Virus record (IMG/VR): IMGVR_UViG_3300020060_000002
Coordinates: 1 to 58,299 of that record
Length of the DNA: 58,299 bases
Reading direction: 5' to 3' (one strand)
Origin: a virus
Taxonomy: Duplodnaviria; Caudoviricetes
Shown here: positions 1-8,730 of the stretch, one piece after another
How the letters are laid out: each line of letters begins with the position of its first letter
Position numbering within the stretch: the stretch's first letter is position 1
Position numbers and translations under genes: made by a program
The notes under the pieces: model-generated
Told to the model about the DNA's origin: nothing
Databases searched by the model: none
Seen by the model: the letters and a program-made list of their open reading frames with translations, nothing else

Positions 1-127
1 ATCATCGACTTGGACGCGCGGCTCGGCGCCGTGGTGTCCGGGAGTCCGGTTAACACCAGGCTGACCACGCTCGAGACCCGCACGACCGACACGGTCACCA
101 CCGGCGGCATCGGCAACCAGCGTCTCG
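1..127. repeat. Terminal direct repeat (identical to 58173-58299); assembly overlap of a circular contig
   Basis: Exact 127-nt match between start and end; the reading frame of the 58095 gene continues across the join. Confidence 0.95.
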
Positions 128-660
128 CCGACCGCTTCGGGACCGGCGTGGGCACCGGCGCGAACGTCACCACCGGCTCGGCGACATCCCAACTCACCGA
201 CGTGCGCGCACGGATCGCCGTACTCGAGACCGCTCCCGCGCCCACATCCGGCCCCCTGGGGTGGAAGGGTGAAGTCAAGAGGGTGGCGACCGACGCTCTC
301 ACGGCAGAGACCGTGATGGAGACCCTCTCTCTCGCCCTGACCACGGGGCGCCGATACCGGGTTACCTGGGATTTCGCGTACGGGACGAGCACCAACGCAG
401 CACCGGGGGCGCAGTGTCGAATCCGGATCAGCGCTGCAGGGGGTGCCGTGTCCACCAGCAGCGCGGTGGTGGCATCAAAACCCCTGTCGTGGGCTGCCGC
501 CATCATCCCCGCCACGCTGATTCAGACCTTCACGGTGGCCTCGACGGCGACCTACCAGTTGGGGTGCTTCGGGAGCAGGGGCTCGGGCACGGTCAGTTTC
601 TACTACGACGTGTCGACGGCGCTCCGGGTCCTCGTCGTCGAGGACATGGGTCCGGTGTGA
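1..660 (+). CDS. Minor tail protein, C-terminal part (gene starts at 58095 and wraps the origin)
   Basis: Open frame continuous with MAIVSMLDAVFGEPASSAEYNKLIDNIIDLDARL at 58095; follows large minor tail gene. Confidence 0.75.
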   Translation: MIDLDARLGAVVSGSPVNTRLTTLETRTTDTVTTGGIGNQRLADRFGTGVGTGANVTTGSATSQLTDVRARIAVLETAPAPTSGPLGWKGEVKRVATDALTAETVMETLSLALTTGRRYRVTWDFAYGTSTNAAPGAQCRIRISAAGGAVSTSSAVVASKPLSWAAAIIPATLIQTFTVASTATYQLGCFGSRGSGTVSFYYDVSTALRVLVVEDMGPV

Positions 661-740
661 TGGTCTGAGCTATGCTGGCCGGGTCGACGTTTGCGTCGGT
701 TCGGTCACCTCAAGGGTCAGCGGCCCCCGTATCTTCCCCC

Positions 741-1118
741 TCAGGAACGCGGGGGCCGTGCCGCGTCCGGGAACGCCCGAGCGACCGGCGGCAGGGCGCG
801 CGGGTCAGGTACGGGGACCTTCTGCCCGTCGTGAGTCAGGTACACCCACCGCCGGTACACCAGCACCGGCGTGGCCAGTAGGTCGCCGTGGAAGTTCGAG
901 ACGCTCCAGCCGTAGTCCTTGGCCAGGATCGGCTGATCGGTCACCCACCCGTGGCAGCCGGTGGTGCCGCTCCCGCACAGGTCCAGTCCGTTCTCCGGGG
1001 TCCACAGCCGGCCGGCGGCGCGTCGGTGATGCCAGTTGGTCCCGCGCCGCGTCCCGCAGCGCTCGCACACTCGGTTGGACCGGGTGTAGACGAGGTCCCT
1101 GGCCTTCTTGATGTTCAT
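741..1118 (-). CDS. HNH endonuclease
   Basis: CERC...HHRR...N...LCGSGTTGCHGW motif typical of actinophage HNH proteins. Confidence 0.8.
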   Translation of the reverse strand: MNIKKARDLVYTRSNRVCERCGTRRGTNWHHRRAAGRLWTPENGLDLCGSGTTGCHGWVTDQPILAKDYGWSVSNFHGDLLATPVLVYRRWVYLTHDGQKVPVPDPRALPPVARAFPDAARPPRS

Positions 1119-1130
1119 GGTCACTCCCGG

Positions 1131-1159
1131 TTGTGTCCCCCTGCAATGGGGGGTAACAT
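1131..1159 (+). promoter_or_regulatory. Conserved palindromic operator-promoter, copy 1
   Basis: TTGTGT-17nt-TAACAT with CCCCC/GGGGGG dyad; ATG at 1167. Confidence 0.8.
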
Positions 1160-1166
1160 GCACATC

Positions 1167-1580
1167 ATGACACAACCAACGCCAGGGAACGACCCCGAGT
1201 CGTACCCCAACCCCGAGGAGGTGGACACACCCATGAGTGCTCAGCCGGTCGAGGTGGCCATCGCCACCGAGATCTACGTGTCGGCCAAGCAGCGTGCGCA
1301 CAGCCAGGGGCAGGCGCTCGCCGCGGTCGCGCGCACCATCCTGTTCCAGGAGGCCGCCAAGACGCCCGAGGCGCTCCCGGTCACGACCGAGGACCCGAAC
1401 GCCGGCTCCCGCGCCCGTCCGCCCCTGCGGCAGTACGGGCAGCAGCGGACCAAGCTCAAGTTCAACGCCCCCGCCGAGGCGTACCAGCAGGCCCAGCGGC
1501 GCATCCTCGCTGGCGGCCGGTCCGTCGCCGCCGCGATCGAGGACGGGCTCAAGGCGTTCGCCGCAAGCGGCAACCTGTAA
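1167..1580 (+). CDS. Putative DNA-binding protein with two ribbon-helix-helix-like units
   Basis: VEVAIATEIYVSAKQRAHSQGQALAAVARTIL and KLKFNAPAEAYQQAQRRILAGGRSVAAAIEDGL; alternative start 1233 with GAGGAGG. Confidence 0.55.
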   Translation: MTQPTPGNDPESYPNPEEVDTPMSAQPVEVAIATEIYVSAKQRAHSQGQALAAVARTILFQEAAKTPEALPVTTEDPNAGSRARPPLRQYGQQRTKLKFNAPAEAYQQAQRRILAGGRSVAAAIEDGLKAFAASGNL

Positions 1581-1594
1581 CCGGAGAGGACCCC

Positions 1595-2494
1595 ATGACC
1601 GACGTGACCCAGACCGAGAACCCGACCGAGGCGACACCACGCCAGCACGTGCTCGAGGCCATCCGCGCCGTGATGCACGACGTGCGGGGTGTCGCCAAGA
1701 CGGGTGAGATGCGGGCGTCCACCGCCGTGAACGCCAAGATCACGTATCGCTTTCAGAAGTACGACGACATGGCCGAGGCCATCGGCGCCGCGTTCCGTGA
1801 GCACGGCGTGATGACCCAGGGCCGCATCACCGAAGTCAGCTACCACAACTGGGACAAGCAGAACAGCAACGGCGGCACCACGATGTGGACCTCATGTCGC
1901 CTGCGCAAGGTTTTCAATTTCACCTCCCTGGTGGACGGCTCGCACCTGTCGATCGAGGCTGCCGGCGAGGGGTCGGACTCGAGCGACAAGGCCACCAACA
2001 AGGCCGAGACGGCCGCCTACAAGACCGCCATCAAGCAGGCATTCACGTTGTCCACCGGCGACGAGGACCCCGACGACACCCGGCCGCAGATCCAAGGCCA
2101 GAACGTCCAGGTCCGCAACGCCGAGGTGCGCCAGCAGGACCCGTGGCAGACGGTTGAGCAGGCGGCCGCGAGCGCACCGACCGCAGGTGACGCGCAGCGC
2201 GCGGGGCTGGCCACCAAGGCCGTCGAGGCGCTCACCCGGTGCCGCACTACGGGCGACGCGCTCAAGCTCACCGAGTGGGCGATGCAGGCGGGCGTGCTGA
2301 CGGTCAAGGTCGGCGACTCGTCGGTCGCCGCGCTCATCATTGCCGCACGCGGCACGCTCCCGCAGGGGCCACCCACGCCCACCGCCCACCAGACCGCGCC
2401 GCCGCAGGAGTACCGGCCGAGCGAGCGCGAGCTGGCTAGTACTGTGCGGGATCTCCCGAGCGGCATCAATCCGCCGGATGACGGGGGCTACTGA
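1595..2494 (+). CDS. ERF-family single-strand annealing protein
   Basis: YRFQKYDD...FTSLVDGS...GEGSDSSDKATNKAETAAYK...GDEDPD. Confidence 0.85.
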   Translation: MTDVTQTENPTEATPRQHVLEAIRAVMHDVRGVAKTGEMRASTAVNAKITYRFQKYDDMAEAIGAAFREHGVMTQGRITEVSYHNWDKQNSNGGTTMWTSCRLRKVFNFTSLVDGSHLSIEAAGEGSDSSDKATNKAETAAYKTAIKQAFTLSTGDEDPDDTRPQIQGQNVQVRNAEVRQQDPWQTVEQAAASAPTAGDAQRAGLATKAVEALTRCRTTGDALKLTEWAMQAGVLTVKVGDSSVAALIIAARGTLPQGPPTPTAHQTAPPQEYRPSERELASTVRDLPSGINPPDDGGY

Positions 2495-3525
2495 TGATCG
2501 AGGGAACCGCGCGCCAGCACATCACCCTGCTGTGGCCCGAGCACCTCGCCCACCTCGCGCCCGAACCCAGTCGCCTGGGCATCGGCGAGATCGACGAAGA
2601 GGATGGGGTGGTTTGCAACTGTGGGGAGATCCTGGGCTTCCCGAAGGTCCAGGACGAGTCCGAGTATCTCCAGCAGTCCAGTGAGCCGGGCGACGAGCTG
2701 ACCGCCGTGGAGGCCGGATGGAACGACATGGTGAGCGAGCCTGAGCACCAGTACGACCCGGACGGCACGGAGACCCTGGCGGACATGCAGAACCTGGCCG
2801 CCTCGGTGGCCGGGGTGGACTCGATGAACACGGGTGAGCGGGCCATCGTCCGCGCCGAGGACTCCATGCAGCAGGATTACGAGCAGGACATTGCGGCCAA
2901 GGCGCGCGAGTACGGCAACGCCGAGACGCATCCCGACGGCTCATGGCGCTGCCGGTTCGACGGGCAAATGGCCACCGAACACCCGATCGACTACCCCGGC
3001 CAGTTCCACTGCATTACGCCGATGCCCTACCCGATCCAGCCGGCCGACGAGGCGCAGACATTCGCATCGCCCGGTCCGCCGCCGGCTGCGCGCGCTCAGC
3101 TGCCCGAGCGCGACTCGGGTGTGGTGATGGCTGAGGACCCGATCGCCGCGCGCGTGGTGGTGATCGACCCGACGTTGCCGTACGGACCGCAGGATGTGGA
3201 GCACCAGCTGCTCGACATCAGCGGCCGCATCGAGCGCGGCGTGCACTACCAGCGGTACTGGGAGGAGCGCCAGTTCGAGGCCAAGGCGGCCTACACCCTG
3301 AGCATGGCCCGCGCTCGTACGGAGTCCGACGGCCGGTCGGTGCAGGCCCGTGAGGACGAGGCCGTGCTCCAGTGCGAGGAGCAGTACCGCGAGCTACTGC
3401 TGTGTGACGCGATGGTCCGCGCGGTGCGCGAGACCATGCACTCGTTGCGGTCCCTGCAATCGGGGTACCAGACGGTGTCCCGGAGCGTGAGCGAGTCGAT
3501 GAGAATGCCGAACACCCGACCCTGA
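2494..3525 (+). CDS. Hypothetical protein with C-terminal helical/coiled-coil region, in recombination module
   Basis: 343-aa ORF coupled (TGATG) to ERF, upstream of ssb. Confidence 0.6.
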   Translation: MIEGTARQHITLLWPEHLAHLAPEPSRLGIGEIDEEDGVVCNCGEILGFPKVQDESEYLQQSSEPGDELTAVEAGWNDMVSEPEHQYDPDGTETLADMQNLAASVAGVDSMNTGERAIVRAEDSMQQDYEQDIAAKAREYGNAETHPDGSWRCRFDGQMATEHPIDYPGQFHCITPMPYPIQPADEAQTFASPGPPPAARAQLPERDSGVVMAEDPIAARVVVIDPTLPYGPQDVEHQLLDISGRIERGVHYQRYWEERQFEAKAAYTLSMARARTESDGRSVQAREDEAVLQCEEQYRELLLCDAMVRAVRETMHSLRSLQSGYQTVSRSVSESMRMPNTRP

Positions 3526-3561
3526 TCTGTCCGAAGTAGACGCAACAGAAGGAGATCCCTC

Positions 3562-4134
3562 ATGCAGGGAGATGTGACCGTGACCGTGATCGGCAACGCG
3601 ACAGGCGATGCCGAACTGCGCTTCACCCCGTCGGGGGCGGCCGTGGCGAACTTCACCGTGGCCACCAACCCGCGCAGGCTCAACAAGCAGACGCAGCAGT
3701 GGGAGGACGGCGAGGCGACGTTCTACCGGATCAACGTCTGGCGCCAGCACGCCGAGAACGTGGCCGAGTCGGTGTTCAAGGGCAACCGCGTGGTCGTGGT
3801 GGGCACACTCCAGAACCGGCAGTACGAGGCGCAGGACGGCGGCAAGCGCTACTCGCTGGAGGTCACCGCGGACGCCGTGGCGCTGGACACCAAGTTTGCC
3901 CAGGTGGCCGCCCGTCGCGCCGAGCGCCAGCAGGGTGGCTTCGCGGGTGCCCCGCCGGCCGATGACCCGTGGGGTTCGCCCCCGCCGGCACAGCAGCGCC
4001 CGCCGCAGGGTCAGCAGGGCGGCCAGGCGCAACAGGGTCAGCGCCAGCAGGCACCGCCGCAGGACGACCTCTGGGGCAGCCCCCCGCGCCAGGGCAACCA
4101 GGGCGGCGGATTCAGCGAGGAGCCGCCTTTTTAA
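3562..4134 (+). CDS. ssb: Single-stranded DNA-binding protein
   Basis: TVIGNATGDAELRFTPSGAAVANFTVA OB-fold, G/Q-rich tail, EEPPF terminus. Confidence 0.95.
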   Translation: MQGDVTVTVIGNATGDAELRFTPSGAAVANFTVATNPRRLNKQTQQWEDGEATFYRINVWRQHAENVAESVFKGNRVVVVGTLQNRQYEAQDGGKRYSLEVTADAVALDTKFAQVAARRAERQQGGFAGAPPADDPWGSPPPAQQRPPQGQQGGQAQQGQRQQAPPQDDLWGSPPRQGNQGGGFSEEPPF

Positions 4135-4158
4135 CGGACAGTAACTAGATAGGCACAA

Positions 4159-4190
4159 GGAGCCCCGACCGGATGATTGGTCGGGGCTCC
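4159..4190 (+). terminator. Intrinsic terminator hairpin abutting promoter copy 2
   Basis: GGAGCCCCGACC-loop-GGTCGGGGCTCC. Confidence 0.75.
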
Positions 4191-4193
4191 TAC

Positions 4194-4222
4194 TTGTATC
4201 CCCCCGTCCTGGGGGGTAACAT
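4194..4222 (+). promoter_or_regulatory. Conserved palindromic operator-promoter, copy 2
   Basis: TTGTAT CCCCCC GTCCT GGGGGG TAACAT; ATG at 4230. Confidence 0.85.
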
Positions 4223-4229
4223 CCCAGAC

Positions 4230-4478
4230 ATGGCCACCACATACACGCTCAACGTCTCCATCGTCAGCACCGTGGACGAGCAGGGCGACCCCTGCACCCA
4301 CTGCCAGATGGAGGGGCACGACGTGGAGGCCCAGCTCTACATCACCGACGAGCGCGGCCGGCGCACCTTCGAGAGCACCTGTCTGGCCTGCATCATCCCC
4401 ATCATCGACGCCACGCCGTTCGTCGCCGACGCCGTGACCGTTGAGGTCGCGCGCGCCGCGACGCTCCGGCCGTTCTGA
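4230..4478 (+). CDS. Hypothetical protein (leaderless, CxxC motifs)
   Basis: ATG 7 nt after -10; GC3-rich frame. Confidence 0.65.
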   Translation: MATTYTLNVSIVSTVDEQGDPCTHCQMEGHDVEAQLYITDERGRRTFESTCLACIIPIIDATPFVADAVTVEVARAATLRPF

Positions 4479-4501
4479 AACCCACCACCCAGGAGGACTC
4501 C

Positions 4502-4771
4502 ATGACCCGACCCAGAGCGCAGCTCGCCGCGCCCGTCATCGACTGCGCGCGCGTCTACCCCCAGGACTACGCGCAGGGTGTGGACAGCGCGAACCGCACC
4601 ATCGACGCCGGCCCGCCGCTGTTCATCAACCACGCGCTCGAGCTGGGCGCCGAGCAGCTCGAGCACTGGCCGGTAATCCAGGGCAAGCACTCCCTAACCG
4701 AGGGGCAGTACGCCCGCACCCGCGGATTCGTCGAGACCCTGCGTGAGTACCGAGAGAGCCAGGCGTCATGA
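4502..4771 (+). CDS. Hypothetical protein
   Basis: AGGAGG RBS; operon context. Confidence 0.65.
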   Translation: MTRPRAQLAAPVIDCARVYPQDYAQGVDSANRTIDAGPPLFINHALELGAEQLEHWPVIQGKHSLTEGQYARTRGFVETLREYRESQAS

Positions 4772-4941
4772 GCCAGGCGCGCACCTACGAGTTGAAAACC
4801 GATGTCGATGTCGTGGTGGGCCGCGGGCTCGTCGTCGAGGTCGAGCCGGCTGGCTGGGCCGGTTGGCGCTGGGTGTACTTCGCGGATGGCACCCAGAGTG
4901 AGTCCGTCACCATCAACCACATCTGGGAGCTGGAGTCATGA
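4768..4941 (+). CDS. Hypothetical protein (57 aa)
   Basis: ATGA overlaps on both ends. Confidence 0.55.
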   Translation: MSQARTYELKTDVDVVVGRGLVVEVEPAGWAGWRWVYFADGTQSESVTINHIWELES

Positions 4942-5591
4942 GCGAGCCACGCGAGGAACAGCCGCTCAGCGGCAAGGAGCTGGAGCCGGCGTTCGGCCCG
5001 CAGATGCCGGCACCGCACACCCTGGTGGGCATCCTGCGCCAGCATCTCGAGGAGCTGGTGATCTTCCTGCGCGAGGAGCGCGGCGAGGTCCACGTGCGCG
5101 AGGACGTGTACGGGTCGGTCCTCCGACTCGGCGCGCTGGTCGAGGGGCTTCAGGACTACGCGGCCGCGTTCAAGAAGATCGCCACCGAGGCCAAGGGCTA
5201 CATCCAGGACGATCTCGAGTTGGCTGTGGGCGAGCAGGACGGCATCCCGCTGTCCGGCATGAAGGTCCCGGACCCCGACGGCACGGACATCAACGTCGCG
5301 CTCGACACGTCCGGCGAGTACACGTTCGACCTCGACGCGATCGTGAACGGTGTCGCTCACGCGGTGCAGGCCGCGCACGGGATCGTGGACGCGGCCATCC
5401 ACCAGCTGTTGGTGGAGTCGATGGAGCGACTCCAGGCCACCGGGCAGTACAAGCCGCAGGTGACCAAGGTCCGTGCGCTCGCTACGGAGATCGCACGCAC
5501 GGACCCGAAGGTCGCGAGCACCATCACCAGCACCATCAAGCGGACCACCGTGTTCAAGGGGATCAAGATCAAGCGGGAGCAGCCGAAATGA
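4938..5591 (+). CDS. Hypothetical protein
   Basis: 217-aa ORF, ATGA-coupled, good codon bias. Confidence 0.7.
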   Translation: MSEPREEQPLSGKELEPAFGPQMPAPHTLVGILRQHLEELVIFLREERGEVHVREDVYGSVLRLGALVEGLQDYAAAFKKIATEAKGYIQDDLELAVGEQDGIPLSGMKVPDPDGTDINVALDTSGEYTFDLDAIVNGVAHAVQAAHGIVDAAIHQLLVESMERLQATGQYKPQVTKVRALATEIARTDPKVASTITSTIKRTTVFKGIKIKREQPK

Positions 5592-5881
5592 GCCAGCCCA
5601 ACGACGGCACGATGTACGAGGTCGCCGGGGACGCCCCCGTGGGCAACGGGACCCGCATGGCCGAGGCGATGAACAAGGCGATGCTGCTCGGCAACCACCT
5701 GTGGATCATGACCGCCGTGTACACGGTCGACCCCGCGAAGATGACCCCGGGCGTCACCACGCTCATGGACCACGAGTCGCTGCTGTCGATCGCCGGCCCC
5801 GGCTGCCTGGTGTGCGAGCAGGAGTACAGCAAGCGGACCTCGTTGCGGCGCTGCCCCGGCCTGCCGAGGCGGCCTCGATGA
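5588..5881 (+). CDS. Hypothetical protein with C-terminal CxxC...C
   Basis: ATGA-coupled; MSQPNDG...GCLVCEQEY...RRCPG. Confidence 0.65.
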   Translation: MSQPNDGTMYEVAGDAPVGNGTRMAEAMNKAMLLGNHLWIMTAVYTVDPAKMTPGVTTLMDHESLLSIAGPGCLVCEQEYSKRTSLRRCPGLPRRPR

Positions 5882-6081
5882 TCATCCACTTCACTTACGC
5901 CCTGCATGACACGGACGACCAGGAGGGCCGCTGCGAGCAGATCCAGCGGACCGCAACGGAGCCACTCATCATCGACGACAAGCTGGCCGACAAGATCGGT
6001 CGGCCGTTCTACGAGGTGGTGCTCCACTGCGCGCTCGACACCATGACCGGCGCGGTGACGATCGAGAGGGCCACGACGTGA
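5878..6081 (+). CDS. Hypothetical protein
   Basis: ATGA-coupled. Confidence 0.6.
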   Translation: MIIHFTYALHDTDDQEGRCEQIQRTATEPLIIDDKLADKIGRPFYEVVLHCALDTMTGAVTIERATT

Positions 6082-6440
6082 CTGTCTACCGAGGCTCGGA
6101 CATCCCCGGGCTCATCTACCTGATCCACTTCGACACGCCGCTGGCGCACGCCAAGCACTACACCGGTTGGACCACCGACCTGACCGTGCGCATCGCCGAG
6201 CACGTCGCCGGCCGGGGCGCGCGGCTCATGCAGGTGATCGAAGAGCGCGGCATCACCTGGCAGCTGGCCAAGGTGGTGGAGGGCACGCGGCGCAACGAGC
6301 GGTCCCGCAAGGGCACGGGCGCCTCCCGGTGGTGCCCGCTGTGTCGCGGCGGTGCGCCCGAGTTCGCCGAGGGGGCCATGGTGCCGGACCTCGCGGAAAT
6401 CCTGGGCGTCACGAACGGAGCTGGTCATGTCCCTGCGTAG
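6078..6440 (+). CDS. GIY-YIG nuclease family protein
   Basis: GLIYLIHF...HYTGWTTDLTVRIAEH. Confidence 0.8.
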   Translation: MTVYRGSDIPGLIYLIHFDTPLAHAKHYTGWTTDLTVRIAEHVAGRGARLMQVIEERGITWQLAKVVEGTRRNERSRKGTGASRWCPLCRGGAPEFAEGAMVPDLAEILGVTNGAGHVPA

Positions 6441-6972
6441 CGCACTGGCGGCGGCCGCGCGGGCACGCACGCTGATCGCCGACCTCGAGCGGTCCGACCG
6501 GCTCGAGGACCGCCGGCAGGTGGCGGCCGGTGTGCGGCACGAACTGGACGCCATACTGCGCCTGCTCCACGTCGAGCTGACGGCGCTCGAGTCCGCGGCG
6601 ACGGTCGATCACCCCGGCAAGGTGCGCAACGATGCGCCAGCGACCAGCAGGGCCGCGGCGCAGGCCATCACGCTCAAGACAGGTTCGGTCCGCTGGAGCA
6701 TCCTCGAGATGCTGTGGATGACCGCGAACACCAGCGGCGGCTGCACCGACTACGAGATCCAGAAGCACCTGGCGCTCAACCCGTCGACAGAGCGGCCGAG
6801 GCGCGGCGAGTTGGCGGACGCCGGCCTGATCCAACCGCTTGAGACGCGAGAGCACATGGGCAGTGCGTGGACCATATGGGGGCTCACGCAGGCGGGTGCG
6901 GACGCCTACCGGCAGAGGGTTCCCGGGCCGCCGAGGACTATCACCCGCAAGGGTGAGCCGACGCTGTTCTGA
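6427..6972 (+). CDS. Winged-helix DNA-binding protein
   Basis: GCTDYEIQKHLALNPSTERPRRGELADAGLI...WGLT. Confidence 0.7.
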   Translation: MSLRSALAAAARARTLIADLERSDRLEDRRQVAAGVRHELDAILRLLHVELTALESAATVDHPGKVRNDAPATSRAAAQAITLKTGSVRWSILEMLWMTANTSGGCTDYEIQKHLALNPSTERPRRGELADAGLIQPLETREHMGSAWTIWGLTQAGADAYRQRVPGPPRTITRKGEPTLF

Positions 6973-7000
6973 TCATGGACGGCGTGGCTACGATCAGAGG

Positions 7001-7170
7001 TTCACGGAGTCTGCGGACTCCCCGGCAACTTGTCACGAGTCACCGGGGAGCAAAGCAGCCGCGACTCTCCCTGATCCGGGTTCGGGAGGCGCGGCCAGTG
7101 TCCAAGGCTACAGACGGCAAGACCCCCGGCGGGGAGTCCATCCGCCGGGGGCCTGCTGGTCTCTGTCGCT
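7001..7170 (+). ncRNA. Candidate structured leader/attenuator RNA upstream of replication operon
   Basis: TACGAT -10 at 6989; several stems and alternative pairing 7015-7024/7130-7139. Confidence 0.4.
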
Positions 7171-7266
7171 CGTACGACTGACCGCCGTCAGCTTGCCCCA
7201 TCCACCCACCACGGAAGAAAGGACTCAAGCCGTGACCATTCCCCCCATCACCAGGAGGACCGATCG

Positions 7267-7533
7267 ATGACAACGATAGCAGGGGTGGGCGAGAACGCCC
7301 CTCCGACGGGTCATGACACCCCCGTAAACAGGGCTGTGGATGCGCTCAAGCACGCTGGCCCGCCGCCGCTCCTCCTGCATGTTCCCGACGAGCTGGACCG
7401 GGACATGGCCGCTGGCGCCGTCGCGATGGCCATCCAGCGCGGGCTGCACTACCTGACGGTTCGCGAGCGCATGGTGCTGGCCGCCGCACTACTGCCCGAG
7501 TTCCAGCACTCCAGGGTCGGCGACTTGCCGTGA
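7267..7533 (+). CDS. Hypothetical protein
   Basis: AGGAGG RBS. Confidence 0.55.
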   Translation: MTTIAGVGENAPPTGHDTPVNRAVDALKHAGPPPLLLHVPDELDRDMAAGAVAMAIQRGLHYLTVRERMVLAAALLPEFQHSRVGDLP

Positions 7534-7621
7534 TCGGCAGGGTAGGGTCTGGACAGAGAAGTGCCCCGGCGGTCGCCACCCCGGGGCTTGAAGAATCCAC
7601 CTAGAACGGAGGTGGGCTCTT

Positions 7622-7915
7622 GTGAATGAGCCTATCGCATCATCTGCTCCCACGAACATCATGGGGCAACCCGCCACGCTCGGTTTCAGCCAGTTGGCCA
7701 ACTGGCTCGAGCACGTGGCCAACTCCTGGGAACTCTCCCCGTATGAGCGCGGCATCGCGTTGATGCTCGCCCTCCAGCTGGTCGGATACGGCACCCCCGC
7801 ACAGGGAGTGTTCTCAGGTGCTCCCGACGAGGCGGACCGGATTGCCGCCGTCGATCGCCTGTGCCAGCTCGGACTGGTTGACCCGCACGGATTCCCGCAG
7901 GCGATCGAATCATGA
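7622..7915 (+). CDS. Hypothetical protein
   Basis: GGAGG RBS; ATGA-coupled to rep. Confidence 0.55.
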   Translation: MNEPIASSAPTNIMGQPATLGFSQLANWLEHVANSWELSPYERGIALMLALQLVGYGTPAQGVFSGAPDEADRIAAVDRLCQLGLVDPHGFPQAIES

Positions 7916-8730
7916 GCGAGATCACGGTTCACCGCGCGCCCGCGCCCGCCAACCAGTTCATGATCGTGTCGAACGAATTCATGCGCGGGGAGTTGCCCGT
8001 GCCGCTCAAGGCGCTCCCGCGCGTGCTCTTGGGCTACTTCCTGTCCCTGCCGTCCGGCTGGCGCATCACCCGCGAGCGCATCGAGGCCAGTGTGGTGGAG
8101 GGGCGTGACGCCGTGGACGCTGCACTCCTCGCCCTCGAGAAGGCTGGCTATCTCAAGCGCAGTCGCCGCCGCGGCTCCGGCGGCCTGTGGGTGTGGACGT
8201 ACGCCATCACCGACGACCCGGAGACTCGACCACTCACTGAGTCACCATCCCCGGAAAAGCCGGTGATGGACGCGACCAGCGGAAACGCCACAAACCCGCA
8301 GGTCGGACCATCCCCTGAGAATCCGGGCACGGAGAACCAGGGCATAAGAACAGAAGTAAGAACTAAGAAGACTGAGGAGAAGTACATAGGCGCTGACGCG
8401 CCCGCTCTACCCCTCGATCTTCCAGAGCAAAAGACGCCTCGACCGACGCACCGGTCCAAGCCTCGTCATCTGCTCCCGGACAACTGGCGACCGAACGCGG
8501 CGCACATCGCCACGGCCAAGGAGCGTCGCTGGACCCCCGAGCAGTTCGCGCACGAAGTTGAGCAGTTTCGCAACCATTGGCAGGCGAAAGGCCAACCGAT
8601 GGCCGACTGGGATGCCTGCTTTCGCACCTGGACCACGAACGCTGAGAAGTGGGCCAAGGAACGCTCGGGACGATCAACCACCACAGGCCGTCCGGAAGTC
8701 CGGACCGGCCGCATGATCCTGGAGACCTGA
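7912..8730 (+). CDS. Replication initiator (N-terminal wHTH, C-terminal DnaT-like region)
   Basis: FMIVSN...YFLSLPSGW...EGRDAV...LEKAGY; LPDNWRP...FRNHW...DWDACFRTW; upstream of helicase. Confidence 0.75.
   Translation: MSEITVHRAPAPANQFMIVSNEFMRGELPVPLKALPRVLLGYFLSLPSGWRITRERIEASVVEGRDAVDAALLALEKAGYLKRSRRRGSGGLWVWTYAITDDPETRPLTESPSPEKPVMDATSGNATNPQVGPSPENPGTENQGIRTEVRTKKTEEKYIGADAPALPLDLPEQKTPRPTHRSKPRHLLPDNWRPNAAHIATAKERRWTPEQFAHEVEQFRNHWQAKGQPMADWDACFRTWTTNAEKWAKERSGRSTTTGRPEVRTGRMILET
8240..8390. other. Putative replication origin within rep
   Basis: Imperfect repeats ACCATCCCC..GA.AA.CCGG followed by A-rich, C-poor tract at 8344-8390. Confidence 0.45.

Noticed and set aside
3920-4110. 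CAG/GGC-rich repeats at the end of ssb
   Set aside because: Ordinary low-complexity SSB linker.
7040-7051. TCACCGGGGAGC resembling an actinobacterial ileS T-box stem I
   Set aside because: No GGTGGNACCGCG T-box sequence or synthetase gene downstream.
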